23,245 nucleotides of DNA from Clostridia bacterium (GCA_045533905.1 JAZSIR010000019.1:1-23245); one strand, 5' to 3'; numbered from the stretch's first letter, positions 8,532-14,960 are shown. Notes: generated by a model not told the origin, from the sequence alone. Numbers and translations are program-made.

Positions 8532-8714
8532 GTGAATTCTTTGAAGCGTCGGGAACTCATCTGTATATTGGAACGAAACGGCTGGTACTATAAGCGTAGC
8601 GGCGGCAGCCATGATATCTATACAAACGGAAAGGATATAGAGCCCATTTCCCGACAGCGCGAAATCAAAGAAAGCGTAGCGCAAGCAATCATTCGAAGGC
8701 GGGATCTGAAATAA
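8532..8714 (+). CDS. hicA: HicA-family toxin (mRNA interferase)
   Basis: KRRELICILERNGWYYKRSGGSHDIY signature with GSH histidine; directly upstream of hicB. Alternative start TTG at 8541. Confidence 0.9.
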   Translation: MNSLKRRELICILERNGWYYKRSGGSHDIYTNGKDIEPISRQREIKESVAQAIIRRRDLK

Positions 8715-8757
8715 AGTCCCAAATCCTTCGCATACTATATAAAAACAGGAGGTTACT

Positions 8758-9153
8758 ATGAAAACTGTATATCCCGTTATTCTCTCTCCGGAAGCGCAAG
8801 GCTTTTCCGTCTACATTCCGGATTTCGATGCAAACACCCAGGGCGAAACCATCGGGGAAGCTATCGCCGAGGCAAGAGATGCTATCGGTATCATGGGTAT
8901 AGATATGGAAGATGACGGCAAAGTCCTTCCCACCCCCACAAACGCCAAAGCTATCTCGGCAACGCCAGATGATATCATTTCTCTTGTGGATATCGACTTT
9001 GCGGAATACCGCCGGAAGAATGCTCTCAAAGCCGTGAAAAAGAACTGCACCATTCCGGGATGGCTAAACTATGAGGCAGAAAAAGCAAATATAAACTTTT
9101 CCGCCACACTGCAAGCGGCTTTGAAAAGAGAACTGCATATCCGAGACATATAA
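8758..9153 (+). CDS. hicB: HicB-family antitoxin
   Basis: YPVIL...VYIPDF..NTQGETIGEAIAEARDAI and C-terminal VKKNCTIPGWLN...INFSATLQAALK; RBS AGGAGG. Confidence 0.92.
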   Translation: MKTVYPVILSPEAQGFSVYIPDFDANTQGETIGEAIAEARDAIGIMGIDMEDDGKVLPTPTNAKAISATPDDIISLVDIDFAEYRRKNALKAVKKNCTIPGWLNYEAEKANINFSATLQAALKRELHIRDI

Positions 9154-9170
9154 AGAAATAACCAATCGGT

Positions 9171-9198
9171 AAAAGAGCGGCAAGGCGTCCGCTCTTTT
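9171..9198. terminator. Bidirectional terminator between hicB and convergent early operon
   Basis: AAAAGAGCGG-CAAGGCGT-CCGCTCTTTT inverted repeat with A/T tails on both sides. Confidence 0.7.
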
Positions 9199-9343
9199 AC
9201 TTTTTCTCTTCTGTGTGCGCCCTGTCCGGCTTATAAAACTTGCACGGCTTCGTACCGATTTTGCAAAGAAGACGGTTTAGCCCTCGGCACCCGTACTCCA
9301 CCGATTCACTCACATACATCTTGCAGTCCTTCTTACTTTCCAC
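9197..9343 (-). CDS. Small Cys-rich phage protein (48 aa)
   Basis: GTG start after GAAGGAGG; four Cys ending CKFYK. Confidence 0.6.
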   Translation of the reverse strand: MESKKDCKMYVSESVEYGCRGLNRLLCKIGTKPCKFYKPDRAHTEEKK

Positions 9344-9608
9344 AGCTTTCCTCCTTCTCTTCGTCCACAGGATCAAAAAGACGTAAAATCCCTTTTTCAA
9401 ACGCCGCATCTTCCATCTCCGAAAACACAAGCGAAAGCGCACGGTAAAGGTCCTTTCTGTCTTCCGGAAACATTTGCGCTCTCTGCTCGGCTGCCTTTAC
9501 CGCCATCGATAGGGCAACCGCCATAATTACCTCGCTGCCCATGCCGTACTGCCGCGCGGCTGCATACCCGTTTTTGTACGCCTGTTCTGCAATGTCGTGT
9601 TCGTTCAT
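9333..9608 (-). CDS. Hypothetical phage protein
   Basis: 91 aa, RBS AAGGAGG; EQAYKNGY-type N-terminus common in phage early genes. Confidence 0.7.
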   Translation of the reverse strand: MNEHDIAEQAYKNGYAAARQYGMGSEVIMAVALSMAVKAAEQRAQMFPEDRKDLYRALSLVFSEMEDAAFEKGILRLFDPVDEEKEESCGK

Positions 9609-9687
9609 TTTGCACCCCTCCTTATTCGTTATAAAAATATTTAAAAAGAATGCCTTTTTACTTTAAGATGAATAACTCGCCTTCGCC

Positions 9688-9978
9688 CTATTCGATATCA
9701 ATATCGAGCGGTATACCTCGCCTACGACTTAATTCAATTTCGCCCGTCTGTAATTCCCTTAATCTCTCCGCGCATTGCTCGTCCGTTTCGTATCCGGAGC
9801 AGAAAACCATATTGTCCGGCGCTCTCCATCTGTCAACTAAATCAATAATAAAATACAGTACCGTGCGCTTCGCATTAAAAGGTTTCGTGCAAATGATGTA
9901 TCTTTCGTCTCTTGCCTTGACCGTGTAAGGCCTTTTGTCTGTCGGTATATACACTTTGTCGCCTATTTTTACTTTCAT
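9688..9978 (-). CDS. Hypothetical phage protein
   Basis: 96 aa, RBS GAGGGG, co-oriented with early operon. Confidence 0.7.
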   Translation of the reverse strand: MKVKIGDKVYIPTDKRPYTVKARDERYIICTKPFNAKRTVLYFIIDLVDRWRAPDNMVFCSGYETDEQCAERLRELQTGEIELSRRRGIPLDIDIE

Positions 9979-9997
9979 TTCCCCTCATCTTCTCTTC

Positions 9998-10264
9998 TCA
10001 AATCGTAATATGTATATCCGCCTCATCCCTAAGCGCCTGCTCCAAATCCGAAAGCTTTACATACCCACGGCTTACGGAATCGGCAAGGTACTCTATCGCT
10101 TCGTAAACACGTTTTAACCTTTTTACGCCGTACCCTTCCGTGTCTCGCATGGCAGAAAGGAAAAGCACAGTCGCATATCGGATGGCATCGTCCGCGGCTT
10201 CCTTCTTGATACGCCGTATGTCTGATTCCCGCATCTGCCGGCACGGGTTTTTCTTTTTCGTCAT
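9998..10264 (-). CDS. Hypothetical phage protein
   Basis: 88 aa; GYGVKRLKRVY motif; start overlaps upstream stop (ATGA). Confidence 0.75.
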   Translation of the reverse strand: MTKKKNPCRQMRESDIRRIKKEAADDAIRYATVLFLSAMRDTEGYGVKRLKRVYEAIEYLADSVSRGYVKLSDLEQALRDEADIHITI

Positions 10265-10754
10265 TCAGCCTCGCCCTTTCGCTTTGCCGTTAATTTTTTA
10301 AGTAGCTTTTCAAACTCCCTCTTGTATATGTCGCGCTCCGCCCGAACGAAAAGAAGTTCTTCCTTTGCCTCTTCAGGTATCCTCTCCACGCACGGCGCCT
10401 CCGGCTCTTCCGAAAGGCCGAGGCTCACCTTTATCGCCGCGTCCACTGCCCGCATCTCTTTTTCCGTACAGGAACCCATGAACCGCCCGAACTGCCCTTT
10501 GGAAATGCTGTGGATCTGCTCGCAAAGTGCCGTGCTCGGTCTTTCGCAGCTCATAATCTGCACGTGCGTCGGCAGCTCCTTTTTCTCTTTGGTTGTCATA
10601 TAGACTACTTCCACCACTTCGCTGTATCGGTTTCCGGTATCATTGGAAACGATAATGCCGGGTCTACCCCCCTCTGCACGCCAAAGGGTCCATCCGCCTC
10701 CGCTTCCACAAAATAAATGTCTCCGCGTAAAACTTCCCGCCATACTTCTGTCAT
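10261..10754 (-). pseudogene. PemK/MazF-family protein split by a 1-nt frameshift in a G6 run
   Basis: ATG 10754 gives ...LRGDIYFV...GVQRG; another frame gives GRPGIIVSND...LPTHV...ALCEQI...VDAAIKVSLGL; adding one G at 10667-10672 joins them. Confidence 0.8.
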
Positions 10755-10900
10755 CTTTCTTCTCCCTTCCTCTTTTGTAACTCCTCAAGCTTTGCCGCCG
10801 CATCGCGCATCACAATCCCTTCGCGTGTGTATGTACCGGCGGCATCCTCCATGCTTTTTGATTCTCTTCTGAGAAAATCGATAATTTCAAAAACGCCCAT
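10751..10900 (-). CDS. Small hypothetical phage protein (49 aa)
   Basis: MGVFEIIDFLRRESKSMEDAAGTYTREGIVMRDAAAKLEELQKRKGEER; stop overlaps the PemK start (ATGA). Not in supplied track. Confidence 0.65.
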   Translation of the reverse strand: MGVFEIIDFLRRESKSMEDAAGTYTREGIVMRDAAAKLEELQKRKGEER

Positions 10901-10902
10901 CT

Positions 10903-11547
10903 TCACACTCCGTATTCTGCCGCCTCGCGTAATATCCCGTCGGCACCCTGTATGATACTCTCTGCAAATACGCCCACAATCGCCTCGTAATTTGCAAGGC
11001 TCTCTTTAGAAAGAAGCGTAATGCATCTTGCATAATCACGCATAAGCGATACTCGTCGTCGCAAGCTCCTTTCTGTATCGCTTTCCTCATTGGAAAGCTC
11101 TCTTTTAATTCGCTGCTCCTCCTCTTCCCCTTCAAACGCAAGCGTTTGTGGGGTCCCCGTTTTTACTGCGGGCTCCTCCTTTTTTTCTGCGGGCTCCTTC
11201 TTTTTCGCCTCGCCGCGAAGCTTATATCTGGATATCCCGTACTGCACCTGCGCTGTGTCCCATCCGATTCTCTCCGCAATCGCCGCGCAGGTCATCCCCT
11301 CCATAAGAAGGCTTCGAACGGTTTGCTTTAGCTCTTCATCCCACACAAGTCTCGGGGCGCCGCTTTTTTGGTACGTCGCAGCTTTCTTCTTTTTCTTTTC
11401 TCCCGGAACGCCGGAAATAAGTCCCGCATTCTGCAGCACGAACAAAATGTCCTCCTTACTGCAGCATGCAAGGTCTGCCAGAATTTCTATCTGCGCATTT
11501 TTGTCCTTCGCCTCTTTGTACATCTGTATGATCTCGTATGTTGTCAT
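10903..11547 (-). CDS. Phage HTH DNA-binding protein containing the ~105-bp element in frame
   Basis: WDEELKQTVRSLLMEGMTCAAIAERIGWDTAQVQY is HTH-like; segment GTPQTLAFEGEEEEQR...RRR is encoded by the repeat. Confidence 0.7.
   Translation of the reverse strand: MTTYEIIQMYKEAKDKNAQIEILADLACCSKEDILFVLQNAGLISGVPGEKKKKKAATYQKSGAPRLVWDEELKQTVRSLLMEGMTCAAIAERIGWDTAQVQYGISRYKLRGEAKKKEPAEKKEEPAVKTGTPQTLAFEGEEEEQRIKRELSNEESDTERSLRRRVSLMRDYARCITLLSKESLANYEAIVGVFAESIIQGADGILREAAEYGV
11054..11158 (-). repeat. Structured ~105-bp element, copy 1
   Basis: About 90% identical to 12145-12248 by manual alignment; two internal hairpins. Confidence 0.9.
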
Positions 11548-11568
11548 CTCGTCGCCATATGCTCCTTT

Positions 11569-11847
11569 CTATACTGTTTCCTCTTTAGCTTCCATGTCAG
11601 AAAGCGCCACAATCATTTCGCATTCGTTCACATAGAACCATTCCTTTGCCGTCCGGATCACCTCATCCGCAACTTCTTTTATAATCTTGGAAAGCGTAGG
11701 ACTAAAGGAGTCGAATTCAGCCTCTTCATACATATTTTCGAGAAGCTGCGTCCGCACAAACTCCATGCCGTTTACAAAAGCACGATTCTGTTCACCTAAA
11801 TCCTCTTTTTTGTATGTACCGTCTTCCACAAGCTTTACCATATCCAT
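11569..11847 (-). CDS. Hypothetical acidic phage protein
   Basis: 92 aa, RBS GGGAG, in early operon. Confidence 0.7.
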   Translation of the reverse strand: MDMVKLVEDGTYKKEDLGEQNRAFVNGMEFVRTQLLENMYEEAEFDSFSPTLSKIIKEVADEVIRTAKEWFYVNECEMIVALSDMEAKEETV

Positions 11848-11851
11848 CGTT

Positions 11852-12121
11852 TCATTCTCCCTTCATTACCGGCACCCGGAGCCGCTCATGCGGCCAAAGG
11901 CTCGCCGTTTCTTTGTTATTGAGTTCTTTTACTTCGTGTATCCATTTGTCCGCTCTGCCGTAGCCGTATTCCTCCCATATGCTCCAGAGGGTGTCCCCCT
12001 CCCGAACTACTACTTCTCTGGTGGTATACTCCACGTCCGCCGTACGGACGAAGGAGGTAATCATACATACCACTATAAAAACCGCCAGTATCCATAAAAA
12101 CCGTTTTTCTGCTTTGTTCAT
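11852..12121 (-). CDS. Membrane-anchored LysM protein (YneA-like)
   Basis: N-terminal TM helix FLWILAVFIVVCMI followed by LysM motif VVREGDTLWSI...ELNN...L.P.ERLRVP. Confidence 0.8.
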   Translation of the reverse strand: MNKAEKRFLWILAVFIVVCMITSFVRTADVEYTTREVVVREGDTLWSIWEEYGYGRADKWIHEVKELNNKETASLWPHERLRVPVMKGE

Positions 12122-12127
12122 TTTCCC

Positions 12128-12412
12128 CTATGCCTCCGCCGCCACGTCGTCGCAAGCTCCTTTGTATATCGCTTTCCTTCTCGGAAAGCTCTCTGTTTTT
12201 CGCTGCTCCTCCTCTTCCCCTTCAAACGCAAGCGTTTGTGGGGGCCCCATCATAGTTTTTAAAATATCGGCACAGGCCATCGCCTCTGCAAATTCTCTTT
12301 CGAATCCCCGGGCCGCTCTTTCCAGCCCATAGTTCTCGCTCGCTTCAAACGCACGGTCGAGCACGAGCGAAAGCGCCATTCGAATTGCTTTTTCTTTGGT
12401 CATCTCCCTCAT
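12128..12412 (-). CDS. Hypothetical phage protein whose C-terminal third is encoded by the ~105-bp element
   Basis: 94 aa; GPPQTLAFEGEEEEQR...GACDD derives from repeat copy 2. Confidence 0.65.
   Translation of the reverse strand: MREMTKEKAIRMALSLVLDRAFEASENYGLERAARGFEREFAEAMACADILKTMMGPPQTLAFEGEEEEQRKTESFPRRKAIYKGACDDVAAEA
12145..12248 (-). repeat. Structured ~104-bp element, copy 2
   Basis: Direct repeat of 11054-11158 in the same orientation; flanks unrelated. Confidence 0.9.
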
Positions 12413-12561
12413 CCTTTCGTTTGTTTTTCTTCCTGTACGGCCTTCGCAAGCATTTCACACATGCTCTCCAGTGCCGCCACACGTCGCTGGAGCGGCAGCG
12501 TCAACACAAACGAAGTCGCGCCGGCAACCAATAGTATCAAAAGCCAAAACATCGCGCGCAC
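12409..12561 (-). CDS. Small membrane protein (50 aa)
   Basis: AAAGGAGG RBS, GTG start; MRAMFWLLILLVAGATSFVLTLPLQRRVAALESMCEMLAKAVQEEKQTKG; stop overlaps next ATG. Confidence 0.65.
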   Translation of the reverse strand: MRAMFWLLILLVAGATSFVLTLPLQRRVAALESMCEMLAKAVQEEKQTKG

Positions 12562-12580
12562 GTCGTCACAACCTCCTTTC

Positions 12581-12886
12581 TTATGCCGGCAGCGTTTTTT
12601 CAGAATCGCCGAACAGCTTTTTGTATTTCTTGTACCGCACTTCCATGTCCGCTACATCAAGCCCCCAAACCTCATACGCGATTTTGGTATTCACGGCATT
12701 GCGCGTACAGCAGAAGTATTTGCCCTCCCGCATCTTTTCAAATACAGGCCGCTTCAAGTTGGTAATCGTCCCGGCAGATACATTTCCAAACAGCTGTCGA
12801 ATATCCTCGCTCGTAAGCTCCGGCGTGCTGTAGTAAATCCGAAGCGCCGTTTCCAGGTTCTGCACCTTAAACATTCTTTGCTTCAT
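12581..12886 (-). CDS. Putative DNA-binding phage protein
   Basis: 101 aa; ELTSEDIRQLFGNVSAGTITNLK is HTH-like; coupled to the upstream Cro-like gene. Confidence 0.65.
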   Translation of the reverse strand: MKQRMFKVQNLETALRIYYSTPELTSEDIRQLFGNVSAGTITNLKRPVFEKMREGKYFCCTRNAVNTKIAYEVWGLDVADMEVRYKKYKKLFGDSEKTLPA

Positions 12887-13089
12887 GTCTTTTGTTCCCC
12901 CTCCCCTTCAAATAGTTCATCAATCGTACACCCTAACAGCTGCGCCAAAAATGGGAGCTTGTCCGCCCTCGGCATTGCCTTTCCGCTCTCCCATTTTCCT
13001 ACCGTGCTGTTGTCTACACATAGCCTCTCGGCAATTTCCTTCTGCGTCCGCCCCGCCATCCGCCTGCGCTCTGCAATCATGTTCTTCAT
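12883..13089 (-). CDS. XRE/Cro-family HTH regulator
   Basis: RTQKEIAERLCVDNSTVGKWESGKAMP...LGCTIDELF. Confidence 0.9.
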   Translation of the reverse strand: MKNMIAERRRMAGRTQKEIAERLCVDNSTVGKWESGKAMPRADKLPFLAQLLGCTIDELFEGEGEQKT

Positions 13090-13093
13090 CTTT

Positions 13094-13306
13094 CTATCCT
13101 TTCAGCCTGTTCTCTTCCTCAATAATCCGCTCCACCGGTAAACCAAACACTTTGGAAAGCTTCTCGGCCACAGAAAGATTCATATCAATCTGCCTGCTCC
13201 CGGTTTCAATCATGCAGTAATAATTCGGTCGCATGCCCATCTGTTCTGCAACCTCCTGTTGCGTAAGTCCTTTTTCTTCCCGAAGTTTCTTTAAGTATTG
13301 TCTCAT
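13094..13306 (-). CDS. XRE/Cro-family HTH regulator
   Basis: MRQYLKKLREEKGLTQQEVAEQMGMRPNYYCMIETG; RBS GGAGGTG; start reassigned to 13306. Confidence 0.9.
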   Translation of the reverse strand: MRQYLKKLREEKGLTQQEVAEQMGMRPNYYCMIETGSRQIDMNLSVAEKLSKVFGLPVERIIEEENRLKG

Positions 13307-13392
13307 CCTTTCACCTCCTGCCATATTGCCACTAAAAGCGCCCCGTAAACGATGACCTCTGCGGCGTGTAATACAATTTCAATGATTTCCAT
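13303..13392 (-). CDS. 29-aa hydrophobic peptide
   Basis: GGAG RBS; MEIIEIVLHAAEVIVYGALLVAIWQEVKG; stop overlaps the Cro-like start (ATGA). Confidence 0.55.
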   Translation of the reverse strand: MEIIEIVLHAAEVIVYGALLVAIWQEVKG

Positions 13393-13436
13393 TTTGCTTC
13401 TCCTTTTCTCTTTATTGGCTCGTCCCGCACTCACTC

Positions 13437-13465
13437 TTGACATATACCACAAAATATGGTATAAT
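13437..13465 (+). promoter_or_regulatory. Consensus sigma70 promoter with extended -10
   Basis: TTGACA-17 nt-TATAAT, preceded by TG. Confidence 0.85.
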
Positions 13466-13513
13466 AAAAGTGTAATTGCAATTACAGGTAGTATATATCA
13501 AGGAGGTGATACA

Positions 13514-13645
13514 TTGCCCAACAAAAAACAAACCAGTGCAAAGGTTGCCAAAACTGCATCTAAAATCCTGACCGATAACAGATACAGCAAGGCAAGCAAG
13601 AGCGTCGCAGGGAGCGCGCTATCACAAACGAAAAAAACTAAATAG
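13514..13645 (+). CDS. 43-aa basic Ser/Lys/Ala-rich peptide (moron)
   Basis: AGGAGGTGA RBS and TTG start; MPNKKQTSAKVAKTASKILTDNRYSKASKSVAGSALSQTKKTK; own promoter and terminator. Confidence 0.75.
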   Translation: MPNKKQTSAKVAKTASKILTDNRYSKASKSVAGSALSQTKKTK

Positions 13646-13877
13646 TATTTCCAGCTGAGCGAAGCGAGACGTCGTTTCGCTCTTTCACTTTTCTGAAGTC
13701 TATTTCGCACTTCTCCAAAATGAGCAAAAACTCATCCGCCGAAAGTTTTCTTTCACCGCAAAGCGCGCGCCGCAACAATTCGTATTTAATGCCTGTAAGC
13801 TTTGCCGCCTTGTATACGGTGATTCCCTTCTCTTCCAGTTCACGCTTTAGCTTGTTTACCACCGAAATCGCGACCAC
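13638..13877 (-). CDS. XRE/Cro-like HTH protein
   Basis: LEEKGITVYKAAKLTGIKYELLRRALCGERKLSADEF; RBS AGGAG, GTG start. Confidence 0.8.
   Translation of the reverse strand: MVAISVVNKLKRELEEKGITVYKAAKLTGIKYELLRRALCGERKLSADEFLLILEKCEIDFRKVKERNDVSLRSAGNTI
13657..13692 (+). terminator. Terminator of the 43-aa peptide gene
   Basis: GAGCGAAGCGA-GACG-TCGTTTCGCTC followed by TTTCACTTTTT. Confidence 0.6.
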
Positions 13878-13891
13878 CTCCTAAATATATC

Positions 13892-13920
13892 TTGACAATG
13901 TAAAAGAAAAATGCTATCCT
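13892..13920 (+). promoter_or_regulatory. sigma70-like promoter pointing antisense into the 38-aa peptide gene
   Basis: TTGACA-17 nt-TATCCT with TG extension; no convincing plus-strand CDS downstream. Confidence 0.55.
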
Positions 13921-13948
13921 ATAAGCAAGGGGATTTCTCCCCCCTGCT

Positions 13949-14065
13949 TCACTCATTCAATCGGTTAATCAATTCGATTATCGCTTTAATGAGTTGGATA
14001 AGAGCCGTAACAAGTGCAACTTTTAGGGTGGTTGCTTGTTGCGGTTTTTTCTTTTTCCTTTTCAT
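13949..14065 (-). CDS. 38-aa peptide with polybasic N-terminus and hydrophobic helix
   Basis: GAAAGGAG RBS; MKRKKKKPQQATTLKVALVTALIQLIKAIIELINRLNE; hairpin 13923-13949 after stop. Not in supplied track. Confidence 0.7.
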   Translation of the reverse strand: MKRKKKKPQQATTLKVALVTALIQLIKAIIELINRLNE

Positions 14066-14080
14066 TGCGCCTCTCCTTTC

Positions 14081-14192
14081 TGTCATTCTGTGAGTATATA
14101 TTATCACAGTTAGAAAGATTTGTCAAGAAATATTTTTCTTTTTGTGAGATTTTTATTTTTCTATTGACCCGCCTCACGCTCTGTGATAATAT
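14081..14192. promoter_or_regulatory. Lysis/lysogeny switch: divergent promoters and operator-like repeats
   Basis: Leftward TTGACA(14126-14121)-17-TAATAT; rightward TTGACC(14164)-17-TAATAT; repeated TGTGA/TCAC half-sites, best TCACGCTCTGTGA at 14174-14186. Confidence 0.7.
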
Positions 14193-14217
14193 GTGAAATA
14201 TGAGAGGTGAAACTAAA

Positions 14218-14874
14218 ATGTTTGCTAAGCGCTTAAAAGAATTAAGAAAAAGCAAAGGCTTAACGCAAATAGCTTTTGCTAATATCTTCTGTATATCCAA
14301 CGGTGCAGTTGGTAACTGGGAAATCGGCACACGCCAACCCGACCACGAAATGTTGACTCGTATTGCCGACTATTTCCATGTTTCAACAGATTATCTCCTT
14401 GGTCGCACGAATGATGCATCACGTCCTTCCCCCGACTTCTCCCCCGGTATTACCGAAGACTACACCTCTTTCCCCGTCATCGGTGACGTGGCCGCAGGCT
14501 ATAACCACATCGCGACAGAGGATTGGGAGGGCGAAAAAATAGACGTCCCGAATTCATATCTGAAGGGACGCCCGAAGGAAGAGTTTTTTGTATTAAAGGT
14601 AAAGGGAGACAGCATGTACCCCGCATATCAAGACGGCGACCACGTTCTGGTCCTTCGCCAGGCCACGCTCGATTACAGTGGGCAGGTCGGCGTCATTGTA
14701 TATAATGATGATAACGCCACCCTTAAAAAAGTAGAATTCAAGCAAGGCGAGGATTGGCTCCGCCTTGTGCCTATCAACCCCACGCACCCGTCCATACGCG
14801 TAGAGAACGAAGACCTCGAGCATTGCCACGTTCTCGGCGTGCCGCGCCTTCTTCTCCGCGAAATACAGGACTAA
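14218..14874 (+). CDS. CI-like repressor (XRE HTH + S24 peptidase)
   Basis: MFAKRLKELRKSKGLTQ HTH; PVIGDVAAG cleavage site; VKGDSMYP catalytic Ser; ATLKK catalytic Lys; RBS GAGGTG. Confidence 0.95.
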   Translation: MFAKRLKELRKSKGLTQIAFANIFCISNGAVGNWEIGTRQPDHEMLTRIADYFHVSTDYLLGRTNDASRPSPDFSPGITEDYTSFPVIGDVAAGYNHIATEDWEGEKIDVPNSYLKGRPKEEFFVLKVKGDSMYPAYQDGDHVLVLRQATLDYSGQVGVIVYNDDNATLKKVEFKQGEDWLRLVPINPTHPSIRVENEDLEHCHVLGVPRLLLREIQD

Positions 14875-14960
14875 TGCCGCACGTGGGAAAGGTCCCGCCA
14901 TCCGTTTGTAAGAAACTTTCTAAGTCTGCATTCTTTTACTTATAAAATTGGAGGCTTTTT

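Noticed and set aside
8412-8684. N-terminal extension of SSB in the ORF track
   Set aside because: Overlaps hicA and its promoter on the other strand; the SSB fold and an RBS start at 8411.
10887-11141. 84-aa ORF overlapping the HTH gene
   Set aside because: Alternative frame opened by the stop-free repeat element; no RBS.
11054-12248. Repeat pair as DGR template/variable repeats
   Set aside because: Mismatches include non-adenine changes and an indel, no reverse transcriptase is in the window, and the host ORFs are not fibre/lectin targets.
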